A stretch of 64,000 bases of DNA from a bacterium (GCA_021790255.1 JAJYIE010000001.1:4165-68164); one strand, 5' to 3'. Numbered from the stretch's first letter, positions 54,705-64,000 are shown. Translations and numbers: made by a program. Notes: generated from the sequence alone by a model not told the origin.

Positions 54705-56974
54705 TTGGCCGTTTTCTCCACTGCAGCGGAGGGGCTGGCTAAGTTATCCGTCTGAGCCGCTGTTTCCCCTGTTTGCTTAGAGGACTTATCCTGCAGATCA
54801 GAAATCATACTCTGGGCTTCCTGGGCCAGTTCCCCGTCACCGCTTCCTAAGACTGACAGATAATCCTGCAAATAATTTATGGCGCTCGCGTAATCCGGCG
54901 GTTTCTTCTCGTACCCATAAATTCTTCCCAAACCTGCCAGTGCTTCCTTAAAATAAGGGTCAATCTGAAGCACCCGCTTATATTGGGTAATGGCATCATC
55001 ATATAGTTTCACCTGTTCAAAAACATACCCCAGATTATAGAAATGACGGCTGTAGTAAAAGATAATTAATCCTTCAAAGAGCGGGGCATCCCTTTTTATT
55101 CTGGCAAACGATGCTAAATCCAGGCTGTTCCAGAATTTGTCGTTTTCTGCCCGGTAATCCTCCAGCTTCAGGCTCTTTCCGGACTTCAAAACCAAAAAGA
55201 GCATATTTTTCGGCCAGAGGGTATATTTTTGCTCAAGCTCAGGGTCATGAACCACCAAGTCCGGGTTAACATAAATGGGGCGTCTACCGTAGTTTGCATT
55301 AACCAATTGAGTAGTAGATGTGAACACTTTCCCGGGTTTAGGCGTCGGAATGACTAAATCAGGGTAGCGTGCTTTCAGTTGCGGGATAAACCAGGCGAGG
55401 TGGAACTGGCCGGGCGAAAAAGTAACCATGTGATCTTTTCCTTTCTGCTGCACGTAGCGGAAATAGTCCATGGTCATGCCGGCAATATCACCCGACTGCA
55501 ACACCAGGGCGTTATCCGGAAGACCGGCGTAAGCTGCTTGCGTATAATCAATTGTCGCTGTCCCCGCCCGGCCGTTGGCACGGTCGAAATTTATAAGGAA
55601 AGGGGTGACAAAAGAGGTTATAAGCAGCACTTTGCCGATGGCCAGTCCGAATCTCTGATCAGCGGAGCCACTCAGAATTTTATTCTTAATCGAGAATACC
55701 CCGTCTGCTTGCAGCGAGGATGAATCAATCACAGAAGAACCTGCCCGGGGGGAAACCTCGCCAGCTTTGCTGCGAGGTAGTTCATTAAATAATTTATATA
55801 TCATCAGCAGTCCGAATGCTATAAAAAGAGTAACAAAAATGTTCGGCAGCATAAAAAACCGTGCCGCTGTTGCCTGGCTGAAATCATCTCCCAGAGGGAA
55901 ATCGGCGTAAGCAAGAAAAAGAAAGCCGCTTACAAAAAAACCCGTGCTGATAAAAATAAGTATCCGGTGAAAGGCAAGGGGCCTCCCCCGCCCCTCCTTC
56001 CACAGATAGAAAATACCGGCCACAGCAAAGATTGCCCCGATGATCGAAAAATCAAGGACAATATATTTCAAGTAAAACCAGGCCTCCTCAAACACAGACG
56101 GCGCGCCGCTGGTATCCGATCCGGCCAGGTAGGCAGAAAAAGTCCCGAAGTCCTGGCGGGTTAGGGCGCTTATCGCATCCGGAATAGTTTTTATACCCCC
56201 CCAATTAAGCGGCGGGTTTTTTGAGGCAATAAAGATCAGCAAAAATACATACGGCAGAATCCCCACTAAAAAAGCCGGAATTATCAAAGCGGCCCTGGAC
56301 GGGCTCTTGAAGATATTTACTACCGGGGTTGTTAAAAGCAGAAAAAATACCGCCGGGAAAACCAACACCGCTGTTTCATGATGTGAGAAGGCAAATCCGG
56401 ACAAAACCGCCAAAATCAGCAGCATTTTTAAAGAGCTTAGAAAGGAAATGGTTGGCGCCGATTTAAACTTCCGGCAAATCCGCACCGTGATAAACAGGAT
56501 ACTTACTACAAAAAAGTTGTTTAGGGGAAACACTTCAAATTTAGTGGCATACTGCCAAAAAACAGTGTTAAAAGCTAAAAACATGCCGGCGGTAAATGCA
56601 ACCAGATAGTAGCCAGTTTCCGGGTCCTTATCCAGCCCGGAGTCCGGCAACCGGCGAGAGTCTGAGTCAGCGAGCCTGAAAAGATCCAGCACCAGAAAAT
56701 AAAACACGAGCACGCTCAAAGCTTGAAGGAGCGCGGAAACCGCATTAATCCGCTCAATCGGGTTAAGCGGCAGCGGCAGTTCGTAAGCAATATGGCCCAA
56801 AAGCGTATTGACCGGGTAGCTTGGTTGGTGCGGTACTCCCAGCACCACGGCGGCAGTGACCATTTCAGTACTATCTCCGGCAGATATGGAGGGCGATAAA
56901 GTAAAAATATAGACGCAAAAAGGTATTAAAAAGGCCAAAAGGGCAACCAGTTGTTTAAAAATAATTTTTTTCAT
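54701..56974 (-). CDS. DUF2723/TMTC-like polytopic membrane protein with C-terminal TPR repeats.
   Basis: N-terminal SAGDSTEMV motif region. About 11 TM helices. TPR-like repeats (YDDAITQYKRVLQIDPYFKEALAGLGRIY). Confidence 0.65.
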   Translation of the reverse strand: MKKIIFKQLVALLAFLIPFCVYIFTLSPSISAGDSTEMVTAAVVLGVPHQPSYPVNTLLGHIAYELPLPLNPIERINAVSALLQALSVLVFYFLVLDLFRLADSDSRRLPDSGLDKDPETGYYLVAFTAGMFLAFNTVFWQYATKFEVFPLNNFFVVSILFITVRICRKFKSAPTISFLSSLKMLLILAVLSGFAFSHHETAVLVFPAVFFLLLTTPVVNIFKSPSRAALIIPAFLVGILPYVFLLIFIASKNPPLNWGGIKTIPDAISALTRQDFGTFSAYLAGSDTSGAPSVFEEAWFYLKYIVLDFSIIGAIFAVAGIFYLWKEGRGRPLAFHRILIFISTGFFVSGFLFLAYADFPLGDDFSQATAARFFMLPNIFVTLFIAFGLLMIYKLFNELPRSKAGEVSPRAGSSVIDSSSLQADGVFSIKNKILSGSADQRFGLAIGKVLLITSFVTPFLINFDRANGRAGTATIDYTQAAYAGLPDNALVLQSGDIAGMTMDYFRYVQQKGKDHMVTFSPGQFHLAWFIPQLKARYPDLVIPTPKPGKVFTSTTQLVNANYGRRPIYVNPDLVVHDPELEQKYTLWPKNMLFLVLKSGKSLKLEDYRAENDKFWNSLDLASFARIKRDAPLFEGLIIFYYSRHFYNLGYVFEQVKLYDDAITQYKRVLQIDPYFKEALAGLGRIYGYEKKPPDYASAINYLQDYLSVLGSGDGELAQEAQSMISDLQDKSSKQTGETAAQTDNLASPSAAVEKTAK

Positions 56975-56981
56975 ATAAGTT

Positions 56982-59900
56982 TTACCCGCTTCCCGGGCCC
57001 GACCTGAAATTGTTTTTAGCGGTTTTCAGTAAATTTATCTTATGCGTCGAGCCTCTCCCTCTTTTTCCCTGGGTTTTTCTTCTAACAAACAGGGGGATTA
57101 GGACACCCAAGGACAGCAGATAGACGAGCCTTTCCGGAATAATAATATAGTTCCAGTTTAAAGTATACGGAGAGGATGTGCCTGAGGTCCACTCGGCAAA
57201 GACCCTTCCTGAGGCAGGCAGACTGGCAGTAAGGTAACGGGGAGTGGTGCCTGTCGTCCAGCCTGTTGAGGCCTCTTTGGTCCCCCATGATCCTGAGAAG
57301 TAGCGGGAATAATAAATTGCCGGAGTGGCGCTTTTAATATACAGAACATAAATATCTCCGTTGGCAGTATCCGAGGTGATACTTACAGATGACATCCCGC
57401 CTGTTGAGTCAACTCTGGTAGGTGAAGCGTCCCATGAAGTGCCGTTGTATTTTTTATACTGGACATAACCTGAGGAGTCAATGTAAGCAAGATGGGTATT
57501 ATAACTTGAGTCAAAGGTTGTCGAGATACCGTTGGCAAAGCCTGTCTGGCCGGTAGCAATACTGTCCAGCGTTTGCCAACCGGATCCGGAAATCCACTTC
57601 TTGCCTTCAATTGCTGTCCCGCGAATCCAGGTAGCGTAAATATTGCCTGAGGCAGCAGGTTCCAGGGCCCCGTAAAGGTTGGGGTCGGTATTTGTGCCTG
57701 AAGAAAGTGAAACGGCTGCGTTCCAGCTCGAGGGATTCTGGATACTGGTTGACTGGACGCCATACATGGCAATATAGCGGCCGCCGGTCGTGCTGTATGA
57801 TTGACCCAAGACCCAAAGGTAACCGTTGGTGTCCTGGCCGATATACGCCAGATGGTATAAAGAAGACGAGGAACCAGTCAAGGCAACATAGCCCGAAGCA
57901 TCCCAGCTGATATTGGTGGCAGAAACCGTGCCGCGCCTGACCATAATGCTGTATGAGTTGGCCCCGGTTGTTTCAAAATAGGCAATATATATATAGGAAG
58001 AAGAGTAGTCTTTAAAGACTGAAAAATCAGCTGTGTTTTCCGCCAAAGGTGAAATAGCCGTCCAGCCGGTATTCCAGGGAGAGGCGCTGTATTCAATCTT
58101 AATATCCAGGCCGGTGCTGTCATACGAGAAGCGCCAGTAAGATCCGCCGGTGGCATCATAAAAAGTTTTTCTCTGGAAAGAGTAAGCAGTAATCCCGCCG
58201 TCTGCCGCCCCGCCGCAGGTATCAGAGGTAATAACCCAGTTACTATTGTCTCCCGAGTCGGATGAATCAATTGCCCCAATCCGCGCTATATTATTTGAGT
58301 CTTTAATGTCGGCAAACCTGACGGCTCCCGTTGCCGAGACATTTAAAGCATACTGGCTGCCTGCTAAATCTGAATACAGCTTGACTTTACTGCTGCAGGC
58401 TCCCCCGCTCGCTGTAAGCGTCCCCGTCACATTCGTCTGGTGAAGATGGTCAAAGTCAACCTCCTTTGAGGCGGTAGAAACGGTTAGGTTATAAAAGCTG
58501 GTGGCAACAGAGTATGTAAGAACCGATGCCCCGGCTCCGTTGAATGTAACCGTGCCGGAGTTGGCGGTAAAAGTGCCGTTATTGGTAAAGTTGCCGGAGA
58601 TGGTAAAACCAGCAGAGCCGGAGGCAGAGAAGGTATGGCCGGAGCCGATCGTCAAGTTGCCGGTGATATTTATGGCAGGATTGTTAGTGCTTGCATTGAC
58701 GGTTAAAGTCCCTGCTCCTGAAGTAGTAAAATTCCCGTTAACAGTCAGTGTACCGCTGTTTAAATAATAAATTTGTGTGCCTGAGGCCGGAGCAAAACTT
58801 AAAGCATTATAAGTTGTAGCCTCAATATCAGAGGCAGATGTGCCGGTAAAGGTGGTAGTTGCGGGGGCAGTAAATGTCCCTCCGTTAATATAAAGGGGCC
58901 GGGATGTTGTTTGTCCTGAACCGGTTAAAGTTAATGTTTCTGTTGACCCGGAATATGTTCCCCCTGTAACAATATGGAGTTCTGGTGTGGTTACATTTGT
59001 TCCGGGAGCGTATGATCCCATTACGTGCAGCTCTGATCCTGAAACAGTTAAATTATTGCTTCCATCACAGGTAAAAAGGTTATCCCCTGAGGGAGGATAA
59101 GTGGAAAAAGAGCATATATTGGCATTTGTTGTAGAGGAGGAGTTATTGTTGGTAACAGCCAGCCTTCCTATGTATAAGTTGAGGTTGGAGATGGTAGCAG
59201 CGCCAAAAATGGTAGTTGTGTTGGCATTATTTGTGGCTCCGGAAATATAAACCATCACTTTGGCTCCGGCCGCGGCAGTTATGCCTGAGAAAGTAAATGT
59301 GCTTTGACCTGCAGAAACAGTTGTGGTGGTTGGAGCAGCGTTATTGACGGACAAAGCTACGGTATAACCTGTGGTATCAGGGGTCGTCTCGTCAGATTGG
59401 TAAATAGTCCCGCCGATTGAAGGGTACGGGGTAAACGGCGACCCGGTAATTGTCACGCCGGTATCGTAGTTCAGGTAACCGTCAGCCTGGAAGATTTTGT
59501 AGGAGTAAGTAGTCCCATTAGTGACAGTCGTATCAGTGCAGTTGACAGCCGTGGAGTAAGCATCGGTTGTTCTCACACAGGCCACAGTTGCACTGCCGAT
59601 GGTATTCCCGGCGCTGTAACTTGAGCCTTCTGCCGGGACATCAGATCCGGGGGTCGAGGCGGTCCAGCGCAGGAGCACCGACTGGGAAAAGTCGGTGCTT
59701 GAAGAGGTGGTCCAGTTGATGGTCACGGAGTTGCCCCCAACCGACCCCGAAGTTGAGGTAGCCCCGTTGGGTGAGAGGTTGTCAATTGTGACGGTAGCTG
59801 AGGCACCGTCGCTACCAGCATGGGCATTAGTGGAAGTAAAAGCGGTGACTGTCCCTGTTATGGCGTACGATCCCCCCGGAGGAGCAGGCATGGCTGAGGC

Positions 59901-62900
59901 GGATTTGGGGGTGATGCGCACTTTGAAGGTGGTAAGGGTGGTTGTCACAGCGATGTTGCAGCCGGTAAAGCTTAAAGTTGTCGAGGCGGGGTTGGTAATG
60001 GAGGTGCACTGGGCGGTGTTGGAGGTGTCGGTAATATCCGCCTGGCCGATACCGGTGTAGGAGTTTAAGGTCACCGTTAGGGCAGTTACCGTATCGGTCG
60101 CGGCGGAAGTTTGCAGAGTAAAAGCATCCAAATCGGTGGCAGCCCCACCCGGGCCGATGGTGACATTGGAGGGATTTGTCCCGTCCCCTAAGGTAGTGGT
60201 TTTGGGGTCAAGTGCCAATTGCCAGGGGTGAAGCTCAGTAAAAATAACCTGTCCTTTCTCAGAAACCCTGGACGGGCCTAAAGCATACAAAGCCGGGGAG
60301 ATTTTTGGGGCCTGATAAGTATAACTTAAGGTTGCGCTCTTCCCCGCCGCTAGGTTAATATTCCAGTCAATCTTCTGATCGGTCATCCCTGCTCCATTAT
60401 TTTGGATTCCTGCCTGCGCAGAAATGACGGAAGATGCAGAAGCGGGAGAAACGGATTTGATGACAAAGCCTGCAGGAACCGCCTCTTCTACCACTCCGTT
60501 GGTAATCCGCCGGGCGGCTGTTACCTTCATAGTCATGGTGTAAGCGGACAGGAAAGGATTGATTCTGGTAGCCCCGACTCTTTGAATAGCCAGCGGATCA
60601 CCACTCCTCACCACAAAAAAGGATGAGGCGTCAGCTCCGTTGTCGGTGTTGGTCAGCTGAATGTCATATTGTCCGGCGGAGAAGGTTGAAATATAGGCAA
60701 AATAGTCCGGCGAATTGGTAAAATTATCCGGCCCGCATGTTGGTGATGTCCGAACCCCGGGGTGCAAAACTACCCCCTCAGGAGTTGTAACAGTCAGAGT
60801 CAGGTTAGAGGTGCAGAGGGTGTGTCCGTTATTATCTAACGAGGCCATCTGAATATAGGCGCTTTCCCCTGATACATAAACTGTCTTGTCAGTATTTATG
60901 GCCAAGACTCCCCACAAAAAGTCCTGGCTCATAACCTTGCCTGATGAACCGGTGATTTGCAGTGTCATTTTTCCCGGGTGGGTACCCTGAGGAAAGTTTA
61001 GCTGCAGGCTGTGACTGCTTCCGTTTGTCTGGGCGCTGCTTGAAAAGTTGACCTTTTCGCCAAAGGAGTCCAAAACCGTAAAGCGGTAGAAGGAGGCTGC
61101 GTGACCACCCAGGTTGATATTTACGGATTCCCCTGCCTGGTATGCTTTCTTCGGCAAGGCAAAGGTCGGATCAAAGAACGAGTTTATTGCCGGGGTTGGA
61201 GTGGTGGTTGGGGCCAGAGTAACTGCCGCTGCCGGGGTATCGCTATACACTACCCACGGGTTTCCTTCCTCAAAAACGCTCACCAATTGCGCTTGTGGTG
61301 CCGTCAGCTCCTGCGCCAAGACCCGGGTCGCTCCAATCTCCCCAATACCCCCAACCTGAACGTGTGATAGTGTTTGCAGTATTGCGTGATAGATTGATGT
61401 AGTGATGGAAGTAATTTCGTTGATAACCCCTGCAAACAAATTACCACCTGAAGTTACCGGTTGTAATCCGGACACCGCTTTGCTGCCGTTTGCAAGGTAA
61501 GCTTGAAATGCAGGAGATGCTGTCGCCGAAGCTCCCAATATCTGAGCTGATGGTGTGGCAGAAACCGTTGATTCTGTTAACTTGTTACTGCGAGCCGAAG
61601 GCAGAGTGGGGGTGGGCGTTATCTCTTTTTCCTGCTGAATTATAAGCGGTCCGAATGAATAATCAACCGGCGAGGCAGCAGAGGTTTGGAAAATGTATGA
61701 AAACCCCGCTGCCTTACCTCCCTTTAAATTAACTGTCCAGGTTAAGGTAGCCGAACCGTCTAAATTGGGAGTTTGAGTAAGTCCGGTGGAAGGCTGGACA
61801 CTCGCCACGCTCACCCCCGCAGGTACAGTTTCTTTTACCAAACCCGTGAAGTCATCTACGGTGGTGAGGGTAAACTTCATCCGCTGGTCCCCGTCTTTGG
61901 AATAGATCCTGACAGGAGCCTGTCTTGTGACGGTAAACTGCGGCTTAACCTCAGTTTTGATATATGAGGTAATAGCCGCATTTGTATCAGTATTTATCAG
62001 TGTGATAGTGTATGTACCTACCTCGGATAAGGTGAAGGCTGAGGTGTAATCAGGGTTTTGCGGTGTCTGGCCAGCCCGGCAGTTGTGAACTTGCATTATG
62101 GCCGGTTTTAATGTTAGGCCCGACGGCGTGGTAATGGTTAAAGCAAGGTTTGCATCGCACAAAAGGTGGCCCGAATCTCCGGTTGCTTCCATATAGAGAC
62201 TGGCCCTTTCCCCTACTTTGTACAAAGAGGAGCTGCTGTTTAGCGCCAAAGTCCCCCAGCTAAACGGCAGGGAAATTACTTTTCCTCCTGTGTCAGTTAA
62301 GCTAAGGGTATATTTTCCGGGGACAAACGTTCCTTTTTGGGTAATAACTAAAACATCAGACCCTGTACCATCTTCTTCGCTTATTACAACCGGCACAACC
62401 TCCCCGTTGTAACTGGTTAGTTTTACACCCAGATGGTCCAGGTGAGACGAGCCGATGTTCACCTTCACCACCTCTTCTGCCTTAAGGCTTGTCTTCTCTA
62501 AACTCATCTGACCGGTTAGATCTGATGGTTGGTTGAGCCCCGAAAACTTGCCGCTTAAAAAATCCTTCAGTGATAGAACAGGAGAGAGAATAGCGGGCAG
62601 GGAGCCGGAAGAGGTCGAAGATGGGGATGAAGAGGCAGAAGGCGCTACAGTGGGAGTGGGTCCCGGAGCAGGGGTAGGAACAATTGTTGGTGCAGGCATT
62701 GTGGTTGGCGTGGGTGTGTTGTCACCAGCGGAGGAAGCGGCAGCGACAACTCCGGAATCTGATACTGAAGGCCGGGATGATGATGCTGCAGGTGTGGGCG
62801 TGGGGGTAACTGATATAGTTTGAGCACTTTGGCTAGCCTCAGATGAGGTATTTTGCAAGATTTGGGATGAACCACTTTGCACAGCGCCAGGGGCAAGAAG

Positions 62901-64000
62901 TACACCTGATGATGTGCCCTGGGCATAAGCCGGAGCAGGGCTAAAGTATGGAGCATAGGGGGCCAAAGATAGAACGGTATTGGTTACGAGCAGGAGCATG
63001 GCAAGAAATGCTTTTGATGCATAGCGCCAGCCGCGCCTTGGCAGGGCAAATGAATCAAAGCGTGAGTTTGCAGATGTCAGGGCGAGGTAGGGTGTGGCGG
63101 AACTGTTAGCAGACAGACTGAATGCCGCCCTGGAACCTGAGAAAATCCCTGACACAAGACGGTAAAACGTTCCCCTGGTAAATACATCCGTGACCCTTCC
63201 TGTTTTGGGTGTCCTGAACCACCCACCCTCTTTTTCTTCGGTAAACCCTTTGACGGCAGCATAAGCCTGGAATGGCACGATTAGGTAACATAGAACAACA
63301 AATGAGGCAATTCCAAGGTAATCTTTTTCCTCTGACTCTTCCAGAAAAAGCCCGACGATATTTACAAGGGGAAGGGATAACATATTTGTGAGAACCAGCG
63401 ACCAGCCCCAAAGAGATGTCCAGAAAGGAAGCCTGACCTGGAAAGCCACCTCAGCCAAAAGCCAGGAAAAAGTCCCCAAAAGAAAGAAGAAGGCCTGAAG
63501 ATAATACGGGGCAAGGTATACTGTTTCAAACTTTTCTGCTCCGGTTAAGTTTTGGGAAACAAGAAGTTTTCTGAGCATCAGCTTAATATTAAAAGAGTGC
63601 CCCTCCGCCCATCGCATCCTCTGTCTGATAAGCCTCTTGAATGTTGACACACACTCTGCGGGAGCCTGAATGTATGGAGTGTAAACTACTTTATAGCCCG
63701 CCTCATAAAGGCGCAGGGTCAACTCAAAATCTTCAGTAATGGACGACCCCCAGCCCACCTTCTGCAGCGGATCTTTGCGGATCATATACACTGAGCCTGA
63801 GATCATCTTCAGCCCCCCGTAAAGCTCAGTTCCGGCACGCTCGATAACATAAGATCCTGCATACTCGGTTCTTATCCCTCTGGTAATCCAGTTTTCTGAT
63901 TTGTTTAAAACATGCCACTGGTATCCCTGAACTGCTGCAACTTTGGAGCTGGTGTAATCTTCTGATCCGTTATTTTGTACTTTGAAATACTTTAAGAAGA
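56982..64000 (-). CDS. Giant fusion protein, partial (N-terminus beyond the window end). A GT2 processive glycosyltransferase catalytic/TM module is fused to a ~2,000-aa Ser/Thr-rich extracellular multi-domain region with a C-terminal TM anchor.
   Basis: The 2274-aa ORF is extended manually in frame to position 63998 (FLKYFKVQNNGSEDYTSS...). It carries the GT2 ITEDFE and QRMRW (QxxRW) motifs, then ~5 TM helices. Next comes a PT-rich linker and two paralogous ~300-aa modules. After that is an NxT/GxT-rich beta-helix-like repeat region and a Y/W-rich blade-like repeat region. The sequence ends with LVYLLSLGVLIPLFV followed by RRK. Confidence 0.8.
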   Translation of the reverse strand, partial: FLKYFKVQNNGSEDYTSSKVAAVQGYQWHVLNKSENWITRGIRTEYAGSYVIERAGTELYGGLKMISGSVYMIRKDPLQKVGWGSSITEDFELTLRLYEAGYKVVYTPYIQAPAECVSTFKRLIRQRMRWAEGHSFNIKLMLRKLLVSQNLTGAEKFETVYLAPYYLQAFFFLLGTFSWLLAEVAFQVRLPFWTSLWGWSLVLTNMLSLPLVNIVGLFLEESEEKDYLGIASFVVLCYLIVPFQAYAAVKGFTEEKEGGWFRTPKTGRVTDVFTRGTFYRLVSGIFSGSRAAFSLSANSSATPYLALTSANSRFDSFALPRRGWRYASKAFLAMLLLVTNTVLSLAPYAPYFSPAPAYAQGTSSGVLLAPGAVQSGSSQILQNTSSEASQSAQTISVTPTPTPAASSSRPSVSDSGVVAAASSAGDNTPTPTTMPAPTIVPTPAPGPTPTVAPSASSSPSSTSSGSLPAILSPVLSLKDFLSGKFSGLNQPSDLTGQMSLEKTSLKAEEVVKVNIGSSHLDHLGVKLTSYNGEVVPVVISEEDGTGSDVLVITQKGTFVPGKYTLSLTDTGGKVISLPFSWGTLALNSSSSLYKVGERASLYMEATGDSGHLLCDANLALTITTPSGLTLKPAIMQVHNCRAGQTPQNPDYTSAFTLSEVGTYTITLINTDTNAAITSYIKTEVKPQFTVTRQAPVRIYSKDGDQRMKFTLTTVDDFTGLVKETVPAGVSVASVQPSTGLTQTPNLDGSATLTWTVNLKGGKAAGFSYIFQTSAASPVDYSFGPLIIQQEKEITPTPTLPSARSNKLTESTVSATPSAQILGASATASPAFQAYLANGSKAVSGLQPVTSGGNLFAGVINEITSITTSIYHAILQTLSHVQVGGIGEIGATRVLAQELTAPQAQLVSVFEEGNPWVVYSDTPAAAVTLAPTTTPTPAINSFFDPTFALPKKAYQAGESVNINLGGHAASFYRFTVLDSFGEKVNFSSSAQTNGSSHSLQLNFPQGTHPGKMTLQITGSSGKVMSQDFLWGVLAINTDKTVYVSGESAYIQMASLDNNGHTLCTSNLTLTVTTPEGVVLHPGVRTSPTCGPDNFTNSPDYFAYISTFSAGQYDIQLTNTDNGADASSFFVVRSGDPLAIQRVGATRINPFLSAYTMTMKVTAARRITNGVVEEAVPAGFVIKSVSPASASSVISAQAGIQNNGAGMTDQKIDWNINLAAGKSATLSYTYQAPKISPALYALGPSRVSEKGQVIFTELHPWQLALDPKTTTLGDGTNPSNVTIGPGGAATDLDAFTLQTSAATDTVTALTVTLNSYTGIGQADITDTSNTAQCTSITNPASTTLSFTGCNIAVTTTLTTFKVRITPKSASAMPAPPGGSYAITGTVTAFTSTNAHAGSDGASATVTIDNLSPNGATSTSGSVGGNSVTINWTTSSSTDFSQSVLLRWTASTPGSDVPAEGSSYSAGNTIGSATVACVRTTDAYSTAVNCTDTTVTNGTTYSYKIFQADGYLNYDTGVTITGSPFTPYPSIGGTIYQSDETTPDTTGYTVALSVNNAAPTTTTVSAGQSTFTFSGITAAAGAKVMVYISGATNNANTTTIFGAATISNLNLYIGRLAVTNNNSSSTTNANICSFSTYPPSGDNLFTCDGSNNLTVSGSELHVMGSYAPGTNVTTPELHIVTGGTYSGSTETLTLTGSGQTTSRPLYINGGTFTAPATTTFTGTSASDIEATTYNALSFAPASGTQIYYLNSGTLTVNGNFTTSGAGTLTVNASTNNPAINITGNLTIGSGHTFSASGSAGFTISGNFTNNGTFTANSGTVTFNGAGASVLTYSVATSFYNLTVSTASKEVDFDHLHQTNVTGTLTASGGACSSKVKLYSDLAGSQYALNVSATGAVRFADIKDSNNIARIGAIDSSDSGDNSNWVITSDTCGGAADGGITAYSFQRKTFYDATGGSYWRFSYDSTGLDIKIEYSASPWNTGWTAISPLAENTADFSVFKDYSSSYIYIAYFETTGANSYSIMVRRGTVSATNISWDASGYVALTGSSSSLYHLAYIGQDTNGYLWVLGQSYSTTGGRYIAMYGVQSTSIQNPSSWNAAVSLSSGTNTDPNLYGALEPAASGNIYATWIRGTAIEGKKWISGSGWQTLDSIATGQTGFANGISTTFDSSYNTHLAYIDSSGYVQYKKYNGTSWDASPTRVDSTGGMSSVSITSDTANGDIYVLYIKSATPAIYYSRYFSGSWGTKEASTGWTTGTTPRYLTASLPASGRVFAEWTSGTSSPYTLNWNYIIIPERLVYLLSLGVLIPLFVRRKTQGKRGRGSTHKINLLKTAKNNFRSGPGSG

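Noticed and set aside
1-64000. CRISPR arrays, rRNA genes, transposases or integrases.
   Set aside because: No regularly spaced direct repeats, no rRNA-like conserved stretches, and no ORF with transposase, integrase or recombinase motifs were seen. The only repeat family found is the three palindromes.

Overview
This is a densely packed, mostly operon-organised bacterial window with about 48% GC. The gene content and compactness (many ATGA and CTAG start/stop overlaps, few terminators) are consistent with a reduced Patescibacteria/CPR-like genome, but that lineage call is inference only.

The first ~27 kb is housekeeping:
- A pyrimidine/dNTP operon on the minus strand: pyrG, dCMP deaminase, a phage-T4-gp1-like dNMP kinase, dut and tmk.
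- topA, a membrane-anchored ClpA/ClpC-like ATPase, and dprA interrupted by an in-frame TAG.
- A small PaaX-like regulator (winged helix plus Cas2-like fold) bracketed by perfect palindromes, and an HD-domain 5'-deoxynucleotidase-like gene.
- mrdA (PBP2), mreD, mreC and mreB, a TPR-fused O-antigen-ligase-like protein, def-fmt, rpmB, a small M50 peptidase and PBP1A.

A ~340 bp non-coding stretch after PBP1A carries a near-consensus promoter and the only strong intrinsic terminator I could find in the window.

From ~27.8 kb an ArsR-type regulator, nifS and nifU sit divergent from an FNR-like flavoprotein. This is followed by a >30 kb cell-envelope and glycan island that runs off the window end:
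- A GT2 transferase, three class-I SAM methyltransferases, one radical-SAM (SPASM/twitch-like) enzyme and three B12-binding (class B) radical-SAM enzymes, one with an unusual CX9CX2C motif.
- An NAD-dependent epimerase/dehydratase, a GT1/GT4 transferase, seven large polytopic GT-C-like membrane proteins (two YfhO paralogs and one DUF2723-like with TPR).
- A giant (>2,300 aa, partial) protein that fuses a processive GT2 catalytic domain (QxxRW) to about 2,000 aa of Ser/Thr-rich extracellular modules (tandem ~300 aa repeats, a beta-helix-like region and a beta-propeller-like region).

I found no rRNA, confident tRNA, CRISPR array or mobile element.
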